DNA from: the human T2T-CHM13v2.0 reference genome, Homo sapiens
Assembly: GCF_009914755.1 (NCBI RefSeq)
Contig: NC_060932.1
DNA length: 64,000 nucleotides
Reading direction: 5' to 3' (one strand)
Shown here: positions 29,480 to 43,821 of the stretch, piece after piece
Layout of the letters: each line of letters starts with the position of its first letter
How positions within the stretch are numbered: the stretch's first letter is position 1
Translations under genes and position numbers: made by a program
The notes under the pieces: model-generated
What the model saw: only the letters and a program-made list of their open reading frames with translations
Told to the model about the DNA's origin: nothing
Databases searched by the model: none

Positions 29480-29800
29480 GTGTTTAATTTTTAAGAAAAT
29501 AAAACATGCATATAGAAATTTAAAAGTCAAACAGTACTAAAGCTTATTATGAAAATAGCATAATTTGTCCCCCTCCTAACTTAGCCCAATTCCTGATCTT
29601 CACAAGCCCCTACTTTCAACTCTTATAGTTACTTTTTCTGGTGTGTATATCATTATTTCAAAGTAATATGCTTTTTCTGATGTCTTTGGAATTACCCACT
29701 TTAGACATTATCTATTTGTTTCCTATTGTTGGAAATGAAAATTTTATTCTCTTTCACCAATAATCCACCCTGTTTCTTCCTCTTTCCCCCACCCCATACC
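29480..29800 (-). mobile_element. L1ME-like old 3' fragment
   Basis: AT-rich aaaataaaacatgcatatagaaatttaaaagtcaaacagtac...tactttcaactctt resembles antisense L1ME. Confidence 0.5.
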
Positions 29801-29872
29801 AATCATTTCTCACCAAACTTAGAATAGAATCCAAGCAACTTTCTCTGGATGACAAGGCCCTGCTTGATCTGA

Positions 29873-30395
<523 letters not shown>

Positions 30396-30449
30396 TATTC
30401 CATTTTTTTAATAAGTTGACCCCAATTGTTTTATTTGAAGAAGTCAACA

Positions 30450-30830
30450 TCCTCATTCATTCATTTAACAGTTATATTTGCTGGGCCTTAAACTAGATGC
30501 ATGGGATATAGTTAATGAATAAGGGAGGTACTGTGTTTATTTGCACAGGCCTTACAATCTTGTGGGGAAAGCCAACAGAAAGAGGAATTAGCATGAGGTG
30601 TGATGAGCATCATGATATGAGAAGTTCACAGGAAGAGTAGAAATAGTCTTACCCAGTCCAAGATACCAGTGAAGGTATTCCAGAAGAAGTGGCATTTACA
30701 CTGAGACTTGAAGAATGGACAGAGTAGCCCAGTAGAGTGGGTGGGGAAGAGCGTTCCAGGGAAAAGCAAGTTCAAAGACATAGAAGAAAAAGATAGAGAG
30801 TGGTGCAATCGAGGTACTAAAACAGGTCCA
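30450..30830 (-). mobile_element. L2 fragment
   Basis: cattcattcatttaacag...gggaagagcgttccagggaaaagcaagttcaaagac. Confidence 0.65.
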
Positions 30831-31199
30831 GTTAAATTTTCAGTCTGAATTTCTGCCTAGGGAAATGAGACATCTGCTGTTCCCACCTTACCTCTGGTAG
30901 CAATAATTTATTATTGTTGAGCTTTCAGTATATAACAGCCTTCATTATTCATACACTATGAAATAAAGTAGAAGACATTACTAGTTGCCAAGAATATACA
31001 CCTGCAAGGATGAGACCTAAATCCAACTGAAATCATGATCCTACAAATTAATCATCCTGACTACTTGCCTTTAGGAAAGAAACCATCATATTGGCTACTC
31101 CAGACAGTGGGTCAACCTAGTAGTTTTGACTACCAGGAATTCTACCTACCAGGAATTCTACCTATGATGCAAGAATACCAAAATACTGATAGTAGTAGA

Positions 31200-31400
31200 A
31201 GGTACCAAATTCTGAGTACTTACATACCATTTTTCTCATCTTCACTGTAACTCTCCAAGGTAGGGGTTATGATTCCTTCTGTATACTTGAGGAAACTTGG
31301 CTCAGAGAAGTTAAGCAATTTCCTTAAGGTCACATTGCCAAAAAATAACCAAGTTCAAGTGTTCTTATTCAAAGCCCAGTGCTGTGTCCACAGTACCACA
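31200..31400 (-). mobile_element. MIR SINE
   Basis: gaggaaacttggctcagagaagttaagcaatttccttaaggtcaca. Confidence 0.75.
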
Positions 31401-31947
31401 CTGGCAAAGTGGGCCTTCTAGACCCTTCCATTAATCTTTCTTAAGATACCTTTATGACCCCTTTCTAAGCAGAGAGTGGCTTCATTCTGATCCCTCTTGC
31501 TATATTTTAGGTAATTCTCCAAGCTCTGAAGGTGTTTTTTATTTTGTTTTCTATTTATTTTCTCCCTTGCATCAAAACTTACCTGTCCTGATCCTTCCCT
31601 TAGGACCCTGCCAGTAAAAGCAGTATGTATAGTAGAATAAGGGTCAGAATACTAGTCTGGATACCTGAATTTGTTCCCTTCTAGACATTTAATTTCCACA
31701 TCTATAAAATAAATTATTGCACATATTTAGATGGGATCATAGATATAAAAGCTCCAGAGAAATCACTGTGAAGAAACTGATAGGATGAGCTCATTCACAT
31801 AAAGTTTTAGTAGCCACTAATGATTTAACGAGGTTTACATTTGAAGTGAGGACCTTCAATGCCTTAAGAGAATAACTCAAACTAGCATTTCAGATCTTCA
31901 ACAAGCCATAGTAGAAGGTACTCCTTGGAATAGGATTATGGCATCAA

Positions 31948-32146
31948 AGGGGTTTGAGACAGCCTGGACCGTACAGCAAGACCCTGTTTCTATTAAAAAA
32001 TAATGAGTCCCGTGTGGTATCACATGCCTGTATTCCCAACTACTCAGGAGGTTAAGGCGGAAGGATCACTTGAGGCCAGGATTTCTAGACCACAGTGATT
32101 TATGGTACCACTGCTCTCCTGCCTCAAAAAAAAAAAAAAAAAAAAG
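31948..32146 (+). mobile_element. Degraded AluJ fragment
   Basis: gtttgagacagcctgg...gcctgtattcccaactactcaggagg...ggatcacttgaggccagg, followed by poly-A. Confidence 0.8.
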
Positions 32147-32448
32147 GAAACAAATTTTTTTCTAAACAGACAAGTACGTTTATTTAAAAATTTTTAAGGA
32201 TAGTCACTCCCAAGTCATGGTAGAGGATAAAAGAAAGGAGAGCCTGTTGACCAAAAGACCAATGAAGCCTCTACCGCAGGAGTCCAGCTGAGTTCATTGC
32301 TTTCTAACTCCCAAGCTAACGCAGGGGAAAAGAAGTCATTATATGAAAAAGATACTTGCGCACACGTTTATAGCAGCACAATTCATAATTGCAAAAATGT
32401 GGAACCAACACAAATGCTCATCAATCAATGAGTGGATAAAGAAACTGT

Positions 32449-33300
32449 GATATATATATATATCAATCATATATATATCATATATATCATATATATCATA
32501 TATATCATATATATCATATATATCATATGATATATATCATATATATCATATGATATATATCATATATATCATATATATCATATATCATATGATATATATC
32601 ATATATATCATATATATCATATATCATATGATATATATCATATATATCATATATATCATATATCATATGATATATATCATATATATCATATATATCATAT
32701 ATATCATATGATATATATCATATATATCATATATATCATATATCATATGATATATATCATATATATCATATATATCATATATCATATGATATATATCATA
32801 TATATCATATATATCATATATCATATGATATATATCATATATCATATATATCATATATCATATGATATATATCATATATATCATATATATATCATATATC
32901 ATATGATATATATCATATATATCATATATATATCATATATATCATATATATATATATCATATCATATATCATATATATATCATATATCATATCATATATA
33001 TCATATATATCATATATCATATCATATATATCATATATATCATATATATCATATCATATATATCATATATATCATATATATATCATATCATATATATCAT
33101 ATATATCATATATATATCATATCATATATATCATATATATCATATATATCATATCATATATATCATATATATCATATATATATCATATCATATATATCAT
33201 ATATATCATATATATATCATATCATATATATCATATATATCATATATATCATATATATATCATATCATATATATCATATATATCATATATGATATATATG
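32449..33300. repeat. ~850-bp compound (ATATATATC/ATATATC/ATATC)n array
   Basis: Directly visible. A 39-bp higher-order unit in the first half produces the repeated MIYIIYIIYIIYH in the ORF track. Confidence 0.98.
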
Positions 33301-33624
33301 ATGGAATACTACTCAGCCATAAAAAGGAATTAATTAATGGCATTCACAGTGACCTGGATGGGATTGGAGACTATTATTCTAAGTGAAGTAACTCAGGAAT
33401 GGAAAACCAAACATTGTATGTTCTAACTCATAAGTGAGCTAAGCTATGGGGATGCAAAGGCATAAGAATGACACAATAGATTTTGGGGACTCAAGGGGAA
33501 AGGGTGGGAAGTGGTTGAGGGATAAAAGACTACAAATAGGGTGCAGTGTATTCTGCTCGGGTGACGGGTGCACCAAAACCTGACAAATCACCACTAAGGA
33601 ACTTACTCATGTAACCAAATACCA

Positions 33625-33706
33625 CCCGTTCCTATGGAAATAAACCTATAGAAATAAACCTATGGAAATAAACCCGTTCCTATGGAAATAAACCTATGGA
33701 AATAAA
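33625..33706 (+). repeat. Five copies of cctatggaaataaa at the L1PB terminus
   Basis: Units start at 33631, 33645, 33659, 33679 and 33693. Confidence 0.92.
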
Positions 33707-35699
33707 TTTTTTAAAAAAAAGATAGAGGAAGAAAGACTGCTGGCTAAGCATTCAGATGTGACTGATATAATCCATGAACAAGATCTAATGATCACTTGGA
33801 ATGGAAAGAGAGAAGAGAAGCAAAAGAGTTGCAGGTATCTCTAAGGCTTGGGAGACTAAATGGATGATGATCCCATTAGCAGAGATTGGCATTACCGGTA
33901 GTTTATTATTCCAAAGCCTTACTCCACTCAGTGTGTTTTATTGCTCCTACAATGACCCTGTGGCCTTACTAATGTCTTTCCGTCTTACTCATCCCTGCCA
34001 TCTTCTGTTGACTTCCCCACCCCTTTCCTTATACGCAGATAGAAAACTCATGTGAAATTCTCTCTCTCTCTCTCTCTCTCCTACTAGCAACTCAGCTGCA
34101 CAGTGCCTTACTCGTGTGTATTGACTGTAAACCTGTAACTGTCCACCTCAGTTCACAGACAGGTTCAAGGACAGCTGCCCAAGAATCAGCCAGAAGAACT
34201 TATTAAAATAAGTTAAGTTTCCGCTGGCCACTCCTGTGGATTCTGATTCAGTGGGCTTGAGAGGTCACCAGGCTTGGGGACCACAGTGAAAAATAACTTA
34301 TTTCACTAGGTAGGAACAGCAGGTAACAGAAACGTATCAAAGATGCTCATGGAAAGCGAGGCCAGCCCTGTTTGAACGCTTCTAAACATCCTCCGGTAAC
34401 ACAAAGCATTTGAAAATTCAGGGCTTGGTGTTTGATGAGAAACAGGATGCTGTTGCACTGGTGCCTTTCTAGTCTTTTCTTTAAATGTGATCTTTTATCA
34501 GAGGCACATATGTTTTCAATACCTTCACATGTGGCTGCAGTTAGACCAGGAAACAAATTCCCTACTAGTTGAAAGGTTTGGCCTCTCTTTCACGCCCACT
34601 GAGCATCAATTTCTATCCTCTGTTGGAAAGACCCCAGGGAAATAATTAATCAGCCTGCCTGCTTGCAACACTTCCAGGGCTTGGGTCACAAGAAGTGCAC
34701 TGTTCGCAACAGATGGCAGAGCAACAGGCTGGAGACCCTCTCCCTCCTCCAGCCGCCACCGCCTCTGTGGTCAGCAGTGCCCGCCTGGTTACTTCCATAA
34801 ACCTTCTCCCAGCACAGCCCTGTGACTCTAAGGAGAAATCCTTCCTCCACACATCCCTAGGACTTTCCTCTGATCCTCCTGTTTTAGTTCAAGGTCTTGG
34901 CCAAGGAAGTATGGTGGGCAATTTCATTTACAGCCTGGAATTAGGCACAGAGTTGTCTTCAGGTGGTCAGGCCCCATTAGCTGCCTTGGTCTTGTCTATT
35001 AACAGATGACTGGCACCTAAGAGCTCCTGAAGCAGGAGCACCCAGACCCAGGCCCTGTTAGAAACCAAAGGAGGCCTCAGATGTTCTCATATTTTTAAGA
35101 TCTCAGGATATTTTAAAAATGAATAATTCCCAAAACAAAGTGGTATATTTAAAGTTGCATGAGGGATGCCTCCTTCTATTGATCCTTTCAGTATGCCTGC
35201 CCATATAACCTCATTTGGAATGACTGTCAAAAGTCTAAATTCAATACTGTTTGTCAGTTACATAAATGCAAAGCCTAGATCAAGTAGTTCTCCTCTCAAG
35301 CCCTCCTCTCACCATCCTAGACCCCACCTACAGCATCTAAGAAGCCCTGTAACCAGGAAATTGGTGGTACAAGAAGAGAACGCACTAGGTAGATGACCAG
35401 ATGACCTGGGCTTGATTAGGTGTTCGGCTGGGAACTCCAAGCCTAACCTAAAGTGATCTGCCTTTCATTCTCTTCTTTTTTTTTTTTTTTAAAGAAAGAG
35501 TCTGAGATATATTTTTAATTATAAGCTATTGTAAAATGGTCTGTGTTCAGCACCTCTTGTGCTTGGTGCTCTATCAGCAGTTCAAGAGCCTGGGGCTGCC
35601 TCTTCAGGCAGAGGTTAGCATTTAAGTTTGCTCCCCTGCTCCCTTTTCTCATCATCTCACCCCTTACTGGTGGAAGCCCCGGGTGCCAAGTGGGTTATG

Positions 35700-35830
35700 G
35701 TGGTTATTGTTACTCCCATTGTAGAGATGAGGAACCTAAGCTTCAAGAGTGTGCATAACTTACCGAGGCCACAGAGCTTGCAGGTAGCCAAACCAGAATT
35801 CACACCCAGGCCTGCCTGACTCTCAGTCAG
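35700..35830 (-). mobile_element. MIR SINE
   Basis: tactcccattgtagagatgaggaacctaagc. Confidence 0.7.
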
Positions 35831-35949
35831 CGCCCCACAACTGCCAGAGCTATGGCCATGGCCTCCTAACTGGCCTTTTTGCCTTCTACCTTGCCACCCC
35901 AACTTCACTCAATATATTATTTACACTGGAGCTAGAGTGACATTTTCAA

Positions 35950-36097
35950 TTAACAGATAAAATGGTGTGTATTTACCATGTACAGCATGATGTTTTGAAA
36001 GATATATACATTGTGGAATGACGACATCTAGCTAAATATAGCTATATACTACCTCATAAAGTTATCATTTTTGTGATGAGAACACTTCACATTCATA
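35950..36097 (-). mobile_element. L1MA 3' fragment
   Basis: gtacagcatgatgttttgaaagatatatacattgtggaatg...tttgtgatgagaacactt. Confidence 0.75.
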
Positions 36098-36194
36098 GAA
36101 TGACTTTTCTAAAAGCAAATCAAATCATGTCTCTCCTGTGTTTAAAAGCCTACTGTAGCAATTCTCACCCTTTGCTATATACAAAAATCACTCG

Positions 36195-36802
<608 letters not shown>

Positions 36803-37019
36803 TCACTCAGCAAGTTGGCAAAAAAATGCAGGTGCCCAGCAAGACCCCTCTCATTATGATTCAGCAAAACATTATTGGGTTCAGGCATGTATGTTATTGA
36901 CATATATGTTATATGTACATATGTATATTATACAACATGTATGTTACCGTCAGTCACACCTGATGGTCCTAAGGCAGATGGTGTAGAATGAATTGAGTGT
37001 ATCAAAGGCCCCAGTCCTT

Positions 37020-37443
37020 TGCCCTCCTTAGAACCACAGCATTGGCCATATGAATTTATAGTTCCTCCCACTAACATCTTTGAAAAAGGACTGACCTTGG
37101 CACTAGCTCTGACCAACAGTATATTAACAAATGTGGCACAAGCAGAAACATTAAACCACACTTGAGTGATTGGGCTTGCGCCCTTCTGTGCTCTTGCATC
37201 ATGTTTGGGTAAGCTTGGTGAAAGATGGAAAACACTGAGTCACCCAGTCATCTCAGCTGAGGCCATCCTAGATTAGCTGACATCCAGACAACACCCAGAC
37301 ATGGGAATGAACCCAATCAGTATCAACAGAAGACACCTGGCCAACAATCCTAAACATGTCAGCAATAAATGCTTACTGTTATATGCTGCTGAGGTTGGAT
37401 GGGTTGTTATAGGACATTATTGTGGCAATATATCATTGATCCA
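37020..37443 (+). mobile_element. MLT1G-like MaLR LTR
   Basis: gaggccatcctagattagc...aataaatgcttactgttatatgc...ttattgtggcaata. Confidence 0.7.
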
Positions 37444-37449
37444 TGGTCC

Positions 37450-37900
37450 AAAAATCAAAGAAAACACTAATCTTATGGTATCAAGTCCAAGCTTATCAGC
37501 AGAGAATGCAAAGCCTTCATATTCTAACCACACACATTTCTCCTCCCTCTTGGCCCAAGACTACTTACATATACCTCTGCTCCAGCCATGCCAAAATACT
37601 GTCAGTTCGCCAAATGGACAGGCCTATTTCATATTTCCATGCCTTTTCTCATGCTGTTCCCTTTGCTTGAAATGCCCTTCCACTCATGAATCTCTTCATC
37701 TTTCGTAGGTGTTCCCTGAACATACAACTTGCACCATCCTATGGCTAATGCACAGTCCTATTGTTAAGTTTAACTCTTGGTGTAATATTCATTTACATAA
37801 ACATAAACTTTTTATATAGTCGTACATATGAAACAGAAACTGGGTCATATGCATCGTTTGGTCACTGGTGCTCAATAAAAAATCATTTGATGAACAGTTA
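37450..37900 (+). mobile_element. L2 fragment
   Basis: ctcatgctgttccctttgcttgaaatgcccttc...ggtgctcaataaaaaatcatttgatgaa. Confidence 0.6.
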
Positions 37901-38720
37901 AATGCAGAAGATGCAGAGAATTGGGAGAGAGCTGGAAAGGGCCACCAGGAAGTGTGGTTGGCCATGGGATTGAGTTGGAAAAGCATTAACTTAGAACCCA
38001 CTTTATTTGTCATAAACTTCAACTAATCCAGAGAGATGATCCATAGAGTAGTTTGGATCCATGAGAGGTGAGTCTATGACCTGCTGCTTCCAAGCTATGT
38101 ATCTTGAGCAAGCTTTTAATCTCTCCGGACCCTTTTATTGGATTTGTTGGATTGTTTATTTGTTGGATTGCTATGAAAATTAAATGCGATAATGAATATA
38201 AAGGCTTTTTCAATCATGTTAAGTGGGGATGTTGGTGTCTTTATTGTTATATCAAGCTACCACTTTCAGAATAAAACAATTCCATAAAAAACCTTTGGAT
38301 GTGTAACAGTGTAACAGTACAAGAAGATAAAAAACAATTTGCTTCTTCTTCGGTGTTGACCAAGTTCTCTAATTGTCTGAACATATCTGTTTCTTCTCCT
38401 CTGGCTGGCAGCCTCTCCACAGCCCAAAAGAACCAGGACAATCTGTCCTCCCAGAGCCTTAGCCTGGCCTCTCCAGGGCCCCAAGACCAGAGCTCAATGT
38501 GGAAAAGTGACTCCTCAGCCATAAATCCAAAGTACCTCTGCTCCTACATGTGAGGTTAAAGAATGTTCCCCCTAATGATTTTATTTAAAAATATAAAAAC
38601 AATATGCACTTCTGTCTTCCAGAGCTATTGCAGAATAGACATACAGAAATACTCCCTCCCAAAACAAAATACCTAAAGTTCTAGAAAATTATTTGAAAGG
38701 ATCTTTATTTAAAAATATGG

Positions 38721-39053
<333 letters not shown>

Positions 39054-39437
39054 CTACCAGGAGTCACAAACAGTAAGAAAATACAGTTCTAAGCAGTAAA
39101 CACCAAAGCTGGGGTTTGCTCTGAGGGCATCTGCCAATCCCTGGTTGCTAAAGCTACCACAAAAGTAAATTCTCCTTAGGTAAATGCACTGTAAGCACAA
39201 GCCTCAGAGAATTTCCACAGAAAAAGTTCCAAGATGCATGAGCTCACAAGAAAAAGTTAAAAAGAAAAAGAAAAACATGCAAGAAAAAGTCATCAAGAAC
39301 AAAAGTCAACAAAATTAACAGCCTGCAATGTAGACCTTGCAGCCTCAAAGACTCCAGATAATTTAACCACTGTTAACAAGATATAACATAAATGTCTTGG
39401 TTTTTATGGAAAAAGTACACTGCTTGAGGGCAGGGAG

Positions 39438-39438
<1 letters not shown>

Positions 39439-39468
<30 letters not shown>
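39439..39468. repeat. (TG)n microsatellite
   Basis: About 15 TG units. Confidence 0.95.
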
Positions 39469-39471
<3 letters not shown>

Positions 39472-39804
39472 TGTTGTATATGTTTTGTATATTGTTATGA
39501 CGTCATAGTGACTGGAAGATCATTGGTTCATAGCAGGCCTTCAGTACTTATATATATTAAATATAGGAATGATAAGGAAACAAGAAAATATCAAAATTGA
39601 GAGGCAGATGTAAAAGCAACAGCTACAAATAAAACTTCCAGAAATTAAAATAATTGAAGTTAAAATTTAATGAATTTCATTCTAGTGGGAGGTATGGCTA
39701 AAAGGAAGACTTGAAATAAGCATTGAAGAGAGAAAAGACTAAGAGAAAAAGATCCAAATAGGAGAAAATGCATCATAGAGAAAAATATTATTGAAATGAA
39801 AGTC

Positions 39805-40110
<306 letters not shown>

Positions 40111-40489
40111 TAGAATGTCATCATTTTGAAATATGAGAATTGTTTCAGAAAGGCTAGTTACTAAAAATATGTGGACTGGAAAGGAGAAGTATTGAAAGGA
40201 AAAAATACATAATGTTAGTAAAAACAAGATTTGTCATTTGTCAAAACAGGAAAACAGGATTGAAGAGAAGGCACAATAGACAATATTCTATGATACATTC
40301 CCAAGGGAATTATGATATTATATAGGAACGCCTGCCTGCCCATCATATCAGACGATTGATGTCATGTCTCTCAGAAAAAGCCATTGGTTAATTTTCACAA
40401 ATACAACAAACAGCTTAACATGACATTCAAGACCCTTTGCAATCTGAACCCTAGTTTTCATTGCTGTACAGAGTATTGAGATGACTATT

Positions 40490-40837
40490 TTACAGCTGGG
40501 CCACAAGTGCCCAGATATTTGGTCAGTTTTGAGTTGGTCCAATAATGGTGGGCTCTGAGTCAAGCGGATCATCCATAATGTGGGTGGGTCTCATCCAATC
40601 AGCTGAAGGCTTTAATAGCACAAAGACTGATCTCCTCTGAGCAAAAAGGAATTCTGCCAGCAGACAGTCTCTGGACTTGAACTGCTGTTCTTTCATGGGT
40701 CTCCAGCCTGCCAGCCTACGCTGCAGATTTAGGACTTATGAAGCCTCCAAAATCTTGTGAGCCAATCCTTAAAATAAATCTCTCTACTAATATATGCACA
40801 TCTTGTTGGTTTCCTTTCTCTGGAAGACCCCAATACT
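40490..40837 (+). mobile_element. MLT2D-like (ERVL) LTR
   Basis: ccataatgtgggtgggtctcatccaatcagctgaagg...ggaattctgccagcagac...ttggtttcctttctctgg. Confidence 0.82.
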
Positions 40838-40849
40838 GGTATTGATAAG

Positions 40850-40985
40850 ATTATGGGCCCTGTAATCAGAAATATGGGTTCAAGACCTGGATCCAACATC
40901 TACCAATTGTATATGTTGGAAAAGTTACTTTCTCTCTCTAAGCCTCAGTTTCGTCTTCTTTAAAATGGTAATAACAATAGCCTCC
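40850..40985 (+). mobile_element. MIR SINE
   Basis: aagcctcagtttcgtcttctttaaaatggtaataacaatag. Confidence 0.7.
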
Positions 40986-41119
40986 TCAATTCTCAAGCCA
41001 TAGATTGCAAGGCATATAATCTGGTATCTCTATCCATTTGCTTCTGCTACTTCCTTGCCTGTCATCATTTTTCCTTATCTAATGTCTGCTTAGATAAATG
41101 TTACTTTTCCTTCCATATC

Positions 41120-41570
41120 TGTGGTGGTTTTAAAAACATGTCTACAAATTATTCGATATTTCTTCCTTCAAGTTTAATTCCCCTCCTCTTCAGCATAAGC
41201 AGAAATTAGTGTGTTGCTTCTAATTAATAGAATATGACAGAAGTAATAGAACATCCCTTCCCAGATTAGGTTGTACAGTTACTGCCATTTCCATCTTGGT
41301 CTCTCTCTCATCAGTTACAATGGGAGAAGCCAGCTGCCTGGCCATGAGCAGCCACCTGGAGAGGCCCGTGACAAGGAACTGAAGCCCCCTGCCAACAGCC
41401 ATGTGACTGAACTTGGAAGGACATTCTCCAGCCCATTCATGACTTCAACCTTAACCAACAACTTCACTGTAACCTTGAGAGGCCCTGAGGCAAGATCACC
41501 CAGGTAAGGTACTCATGGGCACTTGAGCCTAGAAACTGTGTAAGATAACAAATATTTTTCATTTTAAGCA
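41120..41570 (+). mobile_element. MLT1F-like MaLR LTR, 3' end truncated by L1
   Basis: tgtggtggttttaaaaacatgtctacaaattattcgata...gccaacagccatgtgactga...gaaactgtgtaagataacaaat. Confidence 0.8.
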
Positions 41571-41574
41571 AAGA

Positions 41575-42050
41575 AAAAAATTCAATGGATAGGCCATCAG
41601 TGGATGAATGGATAAACACAGTGAGGTATATACATACAATGGAGTACTGCACAGCCAAAAGAAGAAACGAAATACTGACACACACTACCACAGAGATGAT
41701 GAACCTCAATAGCATGATGCTAGTGAAAGAAGCCAGACACAAAAGGTTACATATTGTATGATTCCATTTATATGAAATTCCCATAATAGGTAAATCTGTA
41801 AAGACATAATGCATGTAAGTGATTGCCAGGGAATGGGGAGAGAGGGAAATGGGGAGCGAGTGCTTAATGGTAATAGGGCCTCCTTTGGGACTGAACATTT
41901 TTAATGTTTTAGAACTAAATAAAGGTGGTGGCCTTTATCTAACTAAGGTGGTTTATGGAGAATTACCAAATACCACCCTAAAATGACATGAATACCACCC
42001 TAAAATGGTTAATGCTATATTATATGAGTTTCATCTCAATTATTTTAAAT
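41575..42050 (+). mobile_element. L1MB 3' end
   Basis: ggatgaatggataaacacagtgaggtatatacatacaatggag...gtatgattccatttatatgaaa. Confidence 0.85.
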
Positions 42051-42059
42051 GCAATAATT

Positions 42060-42290
42060 ATCTATTTGGTTAGTGAATAGAGAACTATTAGTGAATTTAA
42101 AATAGATAACTAGTAGTGAATTGAAAATATATACGTGAAGGAATTACCTAGAATGCAGAACAGAGAGAGAAAAAGTTGGGAAAAGTGAGCTAGCAGTTAA
42201 GAAACTTGGACAATAGAATGAGAATATCTGACAAATATCTTATCAAAGCTCCAGAAGAAGAAAATAAAGACAAATAAAAATCTTACAGAA
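42060..42290 (+). mobile_element. Old L1/HAL1 ORF1-like remnant (related pieces at ~39250-39700)
   Basis: gaattacctagaatgcagaacagagag...ggacaatagaatgagaatatctgac...gctccagaagaagaaaat resembles the ORF1p 'DR.RRsNi..igvPEeE' region. Confidence 0.55.
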
Positions 42291-42505
42291 AATGTGATAA
42301 AAAGAAAAACTCACTTCTTTTTTATTCTAACCACAACTGCTTTCATTGCTTATATTCTAGGATGTATTTACCATTTCATGCCCTATACTTTTTATATATT
42401 ATAAGCATAGTTCAAGTTATTACATGGTTCTCTTATCATTTTACTAGTATATAACATTCTATTATATGGTTTTATAATAATTTAATAAACTATTCTATTG
42501 TTTAG

Positions 42506-42843
42506 ACCAAGGGTCAGCAAACTACAATTCATGAGGCAAATCTGGCCCATCACCTTTTTTCATATGGCTTCCAGGCTAAAAACAGCTTTGACGTTTTTAA
42601 ATGGTTATAAAGGACATCAAAAGAATAATATTCCATGATGTGGAAATTATATGAAATTCTAACTTAAGCTTTTTAAAATAGAGTTTTATTGAATTACAGC
42701 CATGCTTATTCATTTACATATTATCTATGGCTTCTTGCACAATATAGTAGAAAACCTGAGTATTAGAGAAAGATGCTGCATAATTCAAAAAGCCTAAAAT
42801 ATTTACCATCTTGCCTTTGCAGAAAAAGCTTGCCAACTTCTGG
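42506..42843 (+). mobile_element. MER58B
   Basis: caagggtcagcaaactac...gttttattgaattacagccatgc...gcagaaaaagcttgccaacttctg. Confidence 0.85.
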
Positions 42844-43461
42844 TTTATACAATTCCAATTTTTCACCACTAGAAAACAATACTCCCATGACACCTTCATG
42901 AATAACTCTCTCCTTCTTTCAGATTATTTTCTTGGGATAAACTCCCAGAAGTGGGTGTGAGTCAGAGAGTATGAGTACTTTGCTGGCGCTCTATATGTCA
43001 TGCCAAATTGCCTTCCACAAGGATTGTACCAATTTTCACTGGCCCCAGAGGTGTTTGAGAATGCCAGTTGCCATGCACAGTACTTTGAAGACACAGTACC
43101 TAACCCTGGAATGTTCTGAAACCTTAGCCGCTCCCATTCTTAGAAGTGGCCACATGTATGACTGTGCATTTTATCACAGTCCAATCTAAAATCCAGACAC
43201 ATCCCGCAGACAGTTGCTTTGTGAAAGAATGTACCCACAACTTAAAATTCTCTGGACTGAGGCTTGTCATTTTCATTTTCTGAGATAACAAATACTTATT
43301 TGCATCATCATTATCTTTAATAGGACCAATTCATGAGTAGGCTCATAAACTCAGTTTCTAGATGCAAATTAATAAAGTCTCTTCATTCCGGAGATGAGCA
43401 TGACTTAGGAAAAAAAGTCAAATGTTCATCCACCTTTCACATTTCCAGTCTATGTGTTTCT

Positions 43462-43821
43462 CTGCCCTGGACTGAATTGTATGAATCTCCCCAAAATTCC
43501 TATGAGGAAGCCTTAGCCCCCAATATGATGGTGTTAGGGAGTCAGGCCTTTGAGAGGTAATTAGGTTCAGATGAGGTCATGAAGGTGCAGCCCTAACAAT
43601 GCAATTAGTGCCCTTATAAGCAGGGACATTAGAAGGCTCTTATTCTCTCTCTGCCATGCAAAGACACACTATCTGCTAGCCAGGGAGAGGGCCCTCATTG
43701 GGAAACAAATCAGCTGGCACCTTGATATTGGACTTCCAAGCCTCTAGAACTGTGAGAAATAAATGTGTATTGTTTAAGCCACATGAGCAGGCATTTTATT
43801 ATAGCAGCCTGAACTAAGACA
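43462..43821 (+). mobile_element. MLT1A-like MaLR solo LTR
   Basis: ggcctttgagaggtaattaggttcagatgaggtcatg...tagcagcctgaactaagaca. Confidence 0.88.

Larger units (their letters stand above)
32325..33720 (+). mobile_element. L1PB1-like 3' end containing a large internal AT repeat
   Basis: gaagtcattatatgaaaaagatacttgc...gagtggataaagaaactgtg[repeat]atggaatactactcagccataaaaaggaa...gtaaccaaataccacc. Confidence 0.92.

Noticed and set aside
31130-31165. Short tandem duplications (also near 3640, 27510, 41970 and 59665)
   Set aside because: Ordinary 12-25 bp slippage duplications with no further structure
32663-33292. 194-aa and 63-aa Ile/Tyr/His-rich ORFs
   Set aside because: Translation of the AT microsatellite; no coding evidence
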